Below, in pieces: positions 28,518 through 36,601 of a stretch of DNA of 64,000 bases. The translations under genes were made by a program, and so were the position numbers. Where the stretch lies: positions 248,001 through 312,000 of the IMG/VR virus record IMGVR_UViG_3300028558_000791. One strand, written 5' to 3'. The first letter of the stretch is position 1. Each line of letters opens with the position of its first letter. A model generated the notes under the pieces. It had not been told where the DNA came from and did no database searches. It worked only from the letters and a program-made list of their open reading frames with translations.

Positions 28518-28858
28518 TGAGTAAGAATCTTCAAATGGATACAACTAATCCAGATGATCTGAGCAATAAGGTTACTAGCGAGATGGATACTCGCAAAAAA
28601 TTTCTTACGGTTGCAAGATGGGCAGGTAGAGATAAGGATATGTTAACTCTTTTCTACAAGTTTGATAAGCTACAGCGAGAAACTACTGATGATAGTAAGA
28701 AAAGGGATATCGCTAAAATTGGTGCGACAGAAGTATACAAACTATTAGGCGAGTGCTTTGCCTCTTTGAAAAATAGCAATGCTCTAGTCATTCCAGGTTT
28801 GGACTCTCATATGGGAGAACTTTGGGTGGATGGCGAGTTAGTTTATAAGGATAAGTGA
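28517..28858 (+). CDS. Hypothetical protein
   Basis: 113 aa, translationally coupled (TAATG), SD GGAG. Confidence 0.55.
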   Translation: MSKNLQMDTTNPDDLSNKVTSEMDTRKKFLTVARWAGRDKDMLTLFYKFDKLQRETTDDSKKRDIAKIGATEVYKLLGECFASLKNSNALVIPGLDSHMGELWVDGELVYKDK

Positions 28859-28861
28859 AAT

Positions 28862-29095
28862 ATGACCGACGAAAAGTTTTATGGTGAAGTATTGTGGTTC
28901 GACCCTAAGAGGGGCTTCGGATTTATTGGTTGGGAAAAAGAAGGAGTCAAACAAAAAGATATGTTTGTTCACTTTTCTGACGTCACTTGTGAGGGATTCA
29001 AAACTCTCTACAAGCATCAGAAGGTTTCCTTTGGATTAGGTGTTAACAAACACGGAACTCCAAAAGCAACTAATGTCGAAATTATGAAGAACTAA
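28862..29095 (+). CDS. Cold-shock domain protein
   Basis: GEVLWF..RGFGFI (RNP1), DMFVHFSD (RNP2), GFKTL, PKATNV. Confidence 0.9.
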   Translation: MTDEKFYGEVLWFDPKRGFGFIGWEKEGVKQKDMFVHFSDVTCEGFKTLYKHQKVSFGLGVNKHGTPKATNVEIMKN

Positions 29096-29407
29096 TTACT
29101 TCCTAAAGAAAATTTGAATAATCTGCGCCACTAATGCGAGCAAGCCTGTGACGAATAATACCTGGATTTTGAATAGATCTTTGGCGGTGTCATCGGCTTT
29201 TTCTATTAGCTTGTCCAACTTTTCCTCAATACTTTCTTGAGTACTCTGGTTGTCATTAAGCAAGCCGATGATCTCTTCATTCTGATCAGCAACAGCCGTT
29301 TCAATTTCAACGGCCTTTTTGTTGACTTCTAGAATGATTTCCAGATCTCTTTTCTTGACTTGGTCTGCAAGGAAGGTAGCTCTTTCCTTGTCTCGGTCGA
29401 TAGGCAT
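29096..29407 (-). CDS. Coiled-coil protein with C-terminal transmembrane helix
   Basis: 103 aa ending IQVLFVTGLLALVAQIIQIFFRK. Confidence 0.6.
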   Translation of the reverse strand: MPIDRDKERATFLADQVKKRDLEIILEVNKKAVEIETAVADQNEEIIGLLNDNQSTQESIEEKLDKLIEKADDTAKDLFKIQVLFVTGLLALVAQIIQIFFRK

Positions 29408-29613
29408 TATTCTCCAGATTTTTGAGTATTTTTCTTCACCTTCTTGCTAGTACCCTTACTCTTTCTAGTCTTGATATTAGTGATTGTCGCTTCACATTTG
29501 TCATTCAATTTTTTGTACTCGTCAACAATAGTTGCTTCGACCTCTTCTAATTGTTCCTGTTCGGAAATTAGAATCTGATCAATAACATTAGCGAGCAGTT
29601 TGCGAGAATGCAT
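29407..29613 (-). CDS. Hypothetical protein
   Basis: 68 aa, coupled to its neighbours on the minus strand. Confidence 0.5.
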   Translation of the reverse strand: MHSRKLLANVIDQILISEQEQLEEVEATIVDEYKKLNDKCEATITNIKTRKSKGTSKKVKKNTQKSGE

Positions 29614-29615
29614 GT

Positions 29616-30050
29616 TTATACCTTCTTAGGTGGATTGATAACGCTTCTCTGCAAATCAATTTCAGCAAGATCGGCGTTCTCTTGAGCGTAGATTTCATCT
29701 TGCTTCTTTTGATCTTCATCTGAAACCTTTAACTCTTCGTATTCTTCTTCATTAACTCTATATAATGATCGAGCCCTATCTGGAATGATGGAGCCGTATA
29801 CGATTTGTATTTTGTTTCTTTCAGGGTCAGGCGGTGGTACGTTACGTACTACTACCTTGTCTCTTTTCTTGAACAAAGAGCCGGATTCCTTGGATTTTAG
29901 AAGCTGCTCTATCGTATACTTGTAATGTCTGTCATCTAGCAAATTGATACTGGAGAAAGCTCTAATATTCAAAGCTAAATCGGCCAATGTGACATTCATT
30001 GGCGACATATTGGTTACCCAAAAAGTACGCTTTGGAGAAGTAGTTTTCAT
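29616..30050 (-). CDS. Hypothetical protein (paralog of the 11903 N-domain)
   Basis: FWVTNMS..INLL..EQLLKSKESGSL vs FIVKNIT..RDLL..EADIRASLLKGEI. Confidence 0.55.
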   Translation of the reverse strand: MKTTSPKRTFWVTNMSPMNVTLADLALNIRAFSSINLLDDRHYKYTIEQLLKSKESGSLFKKRDKVVVRNVPPPDPERNKIQIVYGSIIPDRARSLYRVNEEEYEELKVSDEDQKKQDEIYAQENADLAEIDLQRSVINPPKKV

Positions 30051-30098
30051 ACCATAATGTAAGTATATTCATAATTTGACATAATGCCAGAGGCGTAA

Positions 30099-30998
30099 AT
30101 GGTGATAAAAGCACGTGGTGAATTGATTGATGTTACAGATCAAGTCAATCTAACTGTTAAATTCAAGGATGCGATGGGGAACCCGATTGATACGGACTCC
30201 TTCCCAACAATTTCTATCGTTCAGCCAAGCGGGTTAGTCGCCCTTGCTCCGACCTCGGCCGGAGTTACCCACGTGTCGACTGGCCAGTATTCTTTTATAT
30301 TTACTGTTCCAATCAACGGTCCCTATGGAGCCTTCAACGATATCTGGACTGGTTTCGTCAACGGATATCGTATTGAGACTACATTTACTTTTGTAGTTGA
30401 CCATACCCAAATTCCAAGTATTAATTCCGATGGTTATGTTCATTTAGGAGACGACCCTGGATTCAATTACTCCCAGTGCGCCACCATCAATATCAATAAA
30501 CTTATTAAATCCCTAAAAGCCAGACTTAACAGTTCTGGTAAAGCAAAGTCAGCAGACGCCTATGGAAACACAATCTATGTTGACTGTGATATCTTCTCCA
30601 TCTCTATGCTTACAACTTTTCTAGCCACTGCTTTGTGGGACTTCAACCAAGTACCTTATTTTACGTTTTTTACATTTGATGAAGATGACTTCGTCAATCA
30701 GTTCGGTGAAATTTTGGTAGAAGGTGCTACACTATACGCATTGGCATCCAAATCCCTTATCGAACGTGGTCGTGAGTTCCAAATTACGGATAACGGATTG
30801 AGTTTCAATCCTCCAACTGTTTCTGAGCTTATGCAAACTCAATACAGCACACTCCTATCTCACTACTGGGAAAAGCTGAAGTATATTAAGAACAGCTTGC
30901 GTCCATCACCAAGAGGCTTGGGTGTATTCAGCATGAACAGTGCTATCAATCCAGCGTTCGCAAGACTAAGACACTTGCGTGCTCGTAGAATCGTTTAA
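30099..30998 (+). CDS. Putative neck/head-tail adaptor protein
   Basis: Ig-like N-domain plus a helical C-domain (ALWDFN...FQITDNGLSF) typical of adaptors; position between head and tail genes. Confidence 0.5.
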   Translation: MVIKARGELIDVTDQVNLTVKFKDAMGNPIDTDSFPTISIVQPSGLVALAPTSAGVTHVSTGQYSFIFTVPINGPYGAFNDIWTGFVNGYRIETTFTFVVDHTQIPSINSDGYVHLGDDPGFNYSQCATININKLIKSLKARLNSSGKAKSADAYGNTIYVDCDIFSISMLTTFLATALWDFNQVPYFTFFTFDEDDFVNQFGEILVEGATLYALASKSLIERGREFQITDNGLSFNPPTVSELMQTQYSTLLSHYWEKLKYIKNSLRPSPRGLGVFSMNSAINPAFARLRHLRARRIV

Positions 30999-31612
30999 CG
31001 TTCTTTAGCTCGTCTCTCATAAGAAGGTGTCAAGTAATCCTGTAACGGATTGCCAGCAATCTTCTCGAAGATTTCAGTCTTCTTGATTAAGATGGCATTC
31101 TTATCCATTTTGGGACCTGCTAACGGAAACGTAACAAAGATTCGATCATCACCGTGGTCTCCGCCCCAGAGAACAATCTCTGAAACTACAAACTCAACAG
31201 AGTGAAATTTCTCCTCATCTGGTTTCTCTTCTGAGTACGCTAATGTGATGTGGGGTTTGAAGTCTTTATGGGTCTTAGAGAAGTCAATGTCACTATCATC
31301 AAAGTTCTCGGCTAACTTTTTACGTAGCTTCATTAACTCATCGGAGTTAACCTTGCCAATGACAGGTATCTTGCCTTCTGGATTTTTAGGGAAGGAACTG
31401 ACCTTATTTATTTTGGCTAGGAAAGGGCGAAACTTAGAAACTACCTCATAGGTTGCTTCCAAAGATTTAACCAATTCAGTAATTGGCCATTCCTTCTGAA
31501 AGTGTAGAAGGGTGATGTGCATATCTGATGTGGCGGTTTTTTCGCCAGGCACGTCTATTTGTGCTAGTAAGCGTGCGGTTTCGTGTGGTATTCTGATTCC
31601 TAGAAAGGCCAT
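30995..31612 (-). CDS. 2H phosphoesterase (LigT/ThpR/Acb1-like)
   Basis: Two HxT motifs: MHITL and FKPHITLAY. Confidence 0.85.
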   Translation of the reverse strand: MAFLGIRIPHETARLLAQIDVPGEKTATSDMHITLLHFQKEWPITELVKSLEATYEVVSKFRPFLAKINKVSSFPKNPEGKIPVIGKVNSDELMKLRKKLAENFDDSDIDFSKTHKDFKPHITLAYSEEKPDEEKFHSVEFVVSEIVLWGGDHGDDRIFVTFPLAGPKMDKNAILIKKTEIFEKIAGNPLQDYLTPSYERRAKER

Positions 31613-31649
31613 GTGTCCTCGATAATATGACTATTTAGCCATAAACAAT

Positions 31650-32174
31650 ATGAGTTCTAAAGACGAAGAGAAGATTCCACTTTCTCAAATCAAAAAACTG
31701 CCCTATAAGTCTCTGAATCGCATGATCAAAAAAATGCGCGAGTATTTGAAGACAAATGAAGTAGTTCAAAAGATGTTCGAAGAGTATGAAGTGGATATTT
31801 CTGAAATTGATTATATTCCAATGATGTTTGGCAACCTAGAAGTGTCTGCCAAGACAGATCACGGCGTTATTATTTTCAATTACAAGTTATTGACCGATGC
31901 TGACTGGTTCAAAGACTTTTCCTATGGTGTTCATGAGATGACTCACTGGTTGCAACAGACAACTGGTACTAAAGCCACTAAGAGTTCCGATGACGGAAGC
32001 TATTTGGATAATCCATATGAGCAAGAAGGCTTTCAGAACCAAGTTCAATATATTGCAGATCAATTTGGCGATCAAGAGGCTGAACAATACGTCGATGACT
32101 TACTAGAACATCATGAAGTGGAAGATAAAAAAGAGGTCAAGGAAAAGAAAGAGACCTTGATGGCAAAAGTATAA
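31650..32174 (+). CDS. Zinc metallopeptidase-like protein
   Basis: VHEMTHWLQ (HExxH) plus downstream YLDNPYEQEG. Confidence 0.7.
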   Translation: MSSKDEEKIPLSQIKKLPYKSLNRMIKKMREYLKTNEVVQKMFEEYEVDISEIDYIPMMFGNLEVSAKTDHGVIIFNYKLLTDADWFKDFSYGVHEMTHWLQQTTGTKATKSSDDGSYLDNPYEQEGFQNQVQYIADQFGDQEAEQYVDDLLEHHEVEDKKEVKEKKETLMAKV

Positions 32175-32228
32175 TCATTCCGCTGTCACTTGTCCAGCCG
32201 TCGGCTAATAAAATCGAATTAGGGTATA

Positions 32229-33809
32229 ATGGTTCATTACTCTAATCCTATCATGTCCGGTTTGGACGCGGTCGCCTCTCTTGGAGATGGCTATACCATT
32301 AATATGGCTTGGTTCCCGGCCCAGCCTAATGTGTTCACCAACAAAATAGCATATCACCTTTATTATTCCACGGATAAGAGAACCGTCTTTTCAGAAGGCG
32401 TAAAATTTGTCATTGTTGATGGCTCAACGTCCGCTAATATCATCGATCTAACTCCAGGACAAGACTATTGGTTTTCAGTTAGAGCAGTAGAATACAATCC
32501 CACTCAAGTTACCTTCCTTCAGAATCTTCCAGTTGCTCATGACAACGTTAGATTCTACCCAAGCAGTATTCTAAGATCAGATATTGGCCCCAATGACCTA
32601 GTCATTCCTCTAATTGATATTGATGGGTTCCCAAATAGTGGACTTATTAAAATTGGTGTTGAGCTTATTCAATATTTAGCATTAGATACTGTTAATAAGA
32701 ATTTGATTGTTCCAACCATCAATGGTAGAGGCTATAATTTTACTCCTGATACCTTACATACCGTTTCAGGTTTTGATGGTTACAATACCTGGAGTCCAAT
32801 TGTTAGTATGTTTGCTATTGAAGAGAGTGATGGATTCGATGCTATCTTTGCTTGTCAATCTAGGTTTGAATACCCTCATTTTCCATTTACAATCATCGAT
32901 GGATATCACCAAGTTCTCAAAGATCTTTTATCAACTGATTTAAGCGCGGCTGATGCAGCGAACGTTACATTTCCAGCATATGACTACTCAGGTTATCATA
33001 GAACGGATCCGGTTCAGTTATTAGATGGTACTTGTGTAGGTAGTTACATTGGCGGAGAGCAGGGCTGTATTGATGCCTATGGCAACTTCAATATTGTACG
33101 CGGAATGTCTCTACAAGATCAAAACACTCAACGTCAAGACATTCTATTATCTGTGACTGGTCGTCCAGCCGTGCTGATCAGAAGAGTTCAGACTGGAGTT
33201 ACTTGTTCTTGTTATCTAACATCTAGTGAATACCAAGATGACAGATGTCCATTCTGTTATGGTACCAAGTTTGTTTTCGGTTACGAACAATATTTCAATC
33301 CAAGACGTTCGGATGGCAGAATCTTAGTAAGACCAGGCCCAACCGCTGAAAATCTCAAGATGCATGAAGCTGGTTTAGAATCTGAGTATCCACTCGATCT
33401 TTGGACGCTTACTGTACCAACCATTAAGACTAGAGACGTATTGATTCTATTCGATCAGGATGATAATGAAGAGTTTAGATATGAGGTCTCTGATGTAATC
33501 AGAAACAACACTATCAATGGATTAGATGGCGGTCAGCATCTTAAGACCTTCAGAATTCGTAAGACTGATCCTGCGTATCAGATTCGTACCTTTAGGAATA
33601 CGGCTGATTTTCCATCTAAACTCAATACCAGTTTGGGATTCGCTCCAGGACTACCTCCTCATACTCATGAGATTGTCATAAATGAAAAGATTTTGTCAGT
33701 TTCTCAGATAAATCAAACCACTGCCCTATCACAGGGCCATAACCACCCGATTGTAAATGGTCAAGTAATGGAAGTTCTAGGACATACTCATACAATCATC
33801 TTACCGTAA
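32229..33809 (+). CDS. Multidomain neck/head-closure-like protein (FN3, Zn finger, His-rich tip)
   Basis: FN3-like LTPGQDYWFSVRA; CSC...CPFCYGT; C-terminal HTH/HNH/HTH. Confidence 0.5.
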   Translation: MVHYSNPIMSGLDAVASLGDGYTINMAWFPAQPNVFTNKIAYHLYYSTDKRTVFSEGVKFVIVDGSTSANIIDLTPGQDYWFSVRAVEYNPTQVTFLQNLPVAHDNVRFYPSSILRSDIGPNDLVIPLIDIDGFPNSGLIKIGVELIQYLALDTVNKNLIVPTINGRGYNFTPDTLHTVSGFDGYNTWSPIVSMFAIEESDGFDAIFACQSRFEYPHFPFTIIDGYHQVLKDLLSTDLSAADAANVTFPAYDYSGYHRTDPVQLLDGTCVGSYIGGEQGCIDAYGNFNIVRGMSLQDQNTQRQDILLSVTGRPAVLIRRVQTGVTCSCYLTSSEYQDDRCPFCYGTKFVFGYEQYFNPRRSDGRILVRPGPTAENLKMHEAGLESEYPLDLWTLTVPTIKTRDVLILFDQDDNEEFRYEVSDVIRNNTINGLDGGQHLKTFRIRKTDPAYQIRTFRNTADFPSKLNTSLGFAPGLPPHTHEIVINEKILSVSQINQTTALSQGHNHPIVNGQVMEVLGHTHTIILP

Positions 33810-33849
33810 TGCAATAAGTCTGCATAATAGTAGAATTTAAGGCAAATAC

Positions 33850-35823
33850 ATGAGTCCAATAAACCCTAACTTCAAACCTGGCGTAGGCCACCTAGTTACC
33901 GATAGATATGATTTTCAAAATCATATTGATGGTGTAGACTTTAGGCACAAGGCAGGTTCAATCGATTTGCACCCAACTATTATGATTGGGTCAACAGTCA
34001 TTACTGACGTTCAAACGGCTATTGCCGCTTTGGCCGGTAGTATCATTGTGCCTTCAGTACCTGATGCTACTACATCTAGTAAGGGTATTATTCAGTTAAA
34101 TGGCGACTTATTTGGAAATGGAACTACCGCATTAAACCCTAGAGTTAGCGGTTTACAAGGAACTCCAGTTAGCGTCTTCTCTGGACTTACTACCAATCAA
34201 GTTTTGACTTGGAATGGTTCTTCTTGGATTAATCAAGCAGTTCCAGGATCTATCTCAATTGCCGGAGACTTGGCCGGTGTTGGTTCTACTCTTTCAGTAC
34301 CTAGAGTTGGCGGGTTGCAAGGTTTTTCAGTTAGCTCAACAACACCAACTAGCGGACAAGCCCTTGTGTGGAATGGATCTTCATGGACTCCAACTGGTAT
34401 TCCAACTTCTCCAACTGGTACGGGATTCGCAACACTAACAAGCGGTATATATGACGTTGCTGCTACGGCCAACATTCGTTATACTGGTGGTAAATTTCAA
34501 ACAAGCGGTAACATACAATATATTGCTGCCGGTATCACTGGCGATCTAGCTTGGACACCAACTTCTTCCAATAGGACGCTCACTCTACCAAATGCAACTG
34601 ATACATTGGTTGGGCAAGCAACTACTGATACGCTAACTAACAAAAACCTCAACGCTACTAATAATACCATTACAGATACAAGCACTGCAACTGGAGATTT
34701 ATTAGTATCTAATGGAACTAAGTTTCTTCGCTTTGCTAAGGGTGGAAACGGTACTTTCTTGGGAGTTTCTGGTGGAACATTAGGATATTATACCCCATCT
34801 AGCAGCACTCCAACTGGTACTGGTTTTGCGACTATTACCTCTGGAGTATATGATTCTGCCGCCTCTGCTAACGTCAGATATACTGGCGGTAAATTCCAGA
34901 CTGATGTTAACTTGCAGTTCAAAACAGCAGGTCAAACTGGTGATCTTTCTTGGCCTTCAATTACGACTACTAGAACCATAACGTTACCAGATGCATCTGA
35001 TACATTAGTTGGCTTAGCGACAACAGACATTCTGCTTAACAAGACCATTAATGCAACAAACAATACTATTAGTGACAGTAGTATTGCAACCGGAGACATT
35101 CTAAAGAGTAACGGAAGTAAATTCATTCGTTTCGGTATGGGAAGCGCTTTACAAGTATTACGCGTTAATGCTGCCGGAACAGATTTAGAATATGCTAACA
35201 ATTCAGCAGGAAGTTCTACTGGAACATCCGGAACTGTTCAGTTAAGTAACGGAACGGGCGGATTCCTTGCTGCCACTAATGTTATTGGTGGAACTAGCTT
35301 CCTTAGTATTGGAACAACTCCAGCCACAACTGGCTCTTTAAGATTCCCATATGCTGCAACAGATACGATTGTAGCTGTTAAGGATAGTGGTGGTACTGAC
35401 AGAGAGTTGATTTCTAGGCCATCTTCTAACGTTGTCCAATTTGGTCCAAATACCACCAATACGCTTGCTTTGACATTCAATGGTAATACGCTGAACTTTT
35501 TCCCCGCTAGCCAGTTCAATATTACTGCTCCAAGTGGAAGCAGTTCTTCTTTTAAAGTTTCTGGTACTGGACAAGTTCAAATTAATCCAAATGGATTTGC
35601 TGGTCATACCATGGATATCAATACCGGTGCAACTGGCGCAATTGCAACATTCTTTGGTGGCGTAACTGGTGTAGGTACAACTACTTACAGCTACATAGCT
35701 ATCGCAAATTCTGCAGTACCCCCAACTGGAACCCCTACAGGCGGAGGCTATTTATATGTAGAAGCAGGAGCCTTGAAATACAGGGGATCCTCAGGCACTC
35801 TTACAGTCATTGCTCCAGCCTAA
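33850..35823 (+). CDS. Tail fibre protein with internal duplications
   Basis: PDATTSSKGIIQL fibre repeat, two WNGSSW modules, a ~130-aa duplicated block, C-terminal GGYLYVEAGALKYRGSSG. Confidence 0.75.
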   Translation: MSPINPNFKPGVGHLVTDRYDFQNHIDGVDFRHKAGSIDLHPTIMIGSTVITDVQTAIAALAGSIIVPSVPDATTSSKGIIQLNGDLFGNGTTALNPRVSGLQGTPVSVFSGLTTNQVLTWNGSSWINQAVPGSISIAGDLAGVGSTLSVPRVGGLQGFSVSSTTPTSGQALVWNGSSWTPTGIPTSPTGTGFATLTSGIYDVAATANIRYTGGKFQTSGNIQYIAAGITGDLAWTPTSSNRTLTLPNATDTLVGQATTDTLTNKNLNATNNTITDTSTATGDLLVSNGTKFLRFAKGGNGTFLGVSGGTLGYYTPSSSTPTGTGFATITSGVYDSAASANVRYTGGKFQTDVNLQFKTAGQTGDLSWPSITTTRTITLPDASDTLVGLATTDILLNKTINATNNTISDSSIATGDILKSNGSKFIRFGMGSALQVLRVNAAGTDLEYANNSAGSSTGTSGTVQLSNGTGGFLAATNVIGGTSFLSIGTTPATTGSLRFPYAATDTIVAVKDSGGTDRELISRPSSNVVQFGPNTTNTLALTFNGNTLNFFPASQFNITAPSGSSSSFKVSGTGQVQINPNGFAGHTMDINTGATGAIATFFGGVTGVGTTTYSYIAIANSAVPPTGTPTGGGYLYVEAGALKYRGSSGTLTVIAPA

Positions 35824-35906
35824 CGTTATAATGTCAGAAATTTGAGCCAAACAGCAATAGTTTTGCATTATACCAATTCTTTTGCATGTTTGTAAGGAGT
35901 TTAAGT

Positions 35907-36539
35907 ATGGATAGCATTCTTGCAGCGCTTTTAAGTTGGCAGTTTTTATTCTTCTGTCTAGCAATTGGTGCAGTCGTTTTTGTAATTAGAATTATTGTTG
36001 AGTACGCTATGGAAAACTGGTGGCCACTTAAGCAGTGGAGATCAGCCAACAAAGACTCAAAGATTTGGAGAAGTTTAATTCTACCAATTTTGCCAGTCGG
36101 ATTAGGCTTAGCAGCCGGCGTAATAGCTAAGGCATATCCATATCCTGATGGCATCATTTCTACTAGTGGTAGAATGGCATTTGGTTTAGTGGGCGGATTT
36201 ACATCTAGCTTAGTTGTTAGACTATATACGGCCTTCTTGTCTTCTAAAGTTGGCGAGTATAGGGATAAAGTCAATACTATGTTAAATCAACGTGGACCTA
36301 GAGACGAAGTTGCTGACCAAGCAAATATTGCTGCTAAAGATCAGGTTGCGGATGAAAAAGATACTGCTGATGACTTGTTGGACCATGCAAAGGAAGTTGC
36401 AGACAATAAAGTAGCAAGAGCTAAAGTAGTAGCTGATGATAAATTGGCGGATGCTCAAGCGGTTGCTGCTGATAAATTAGCATCAGTTCACCCAGATATT
36501 CCAGATAACCTTACTGTTGGAAGAAACCTCAGAGAGTAA
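35907..36539 (+). CDS. Holin-like membrane protein
   Basis: Three hydrophobic helices then a charged ADDK-repeat tail. AAGGAG SD precedes ATG 35907. Confidence 0.5.
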   Translation: MDSILAALLSWQFLFFCLAIGAVVFVIRIIVEYAMENWWPLKQWRSANKDSKIWRSLILPILPVGLGLAAGVIAKAYPYPDGIISTSGRMAFGLVGGFTSSLVVRLYTAFLSSKVGEYRDKVNTMLNQRGPRDEVADQANIAAKDQVADEKDTADDLLDHAKEVADNKVARAKVVADDKLADAQAVAADKLASVHPDIPDNLTVGRNLRE

Positions 36540-36601
36540 TAAGAAAAGGGTCAATAATAGAAGTTTCAGTTATATACAATTGAGATTATTAATGGTGAAT
36601 A

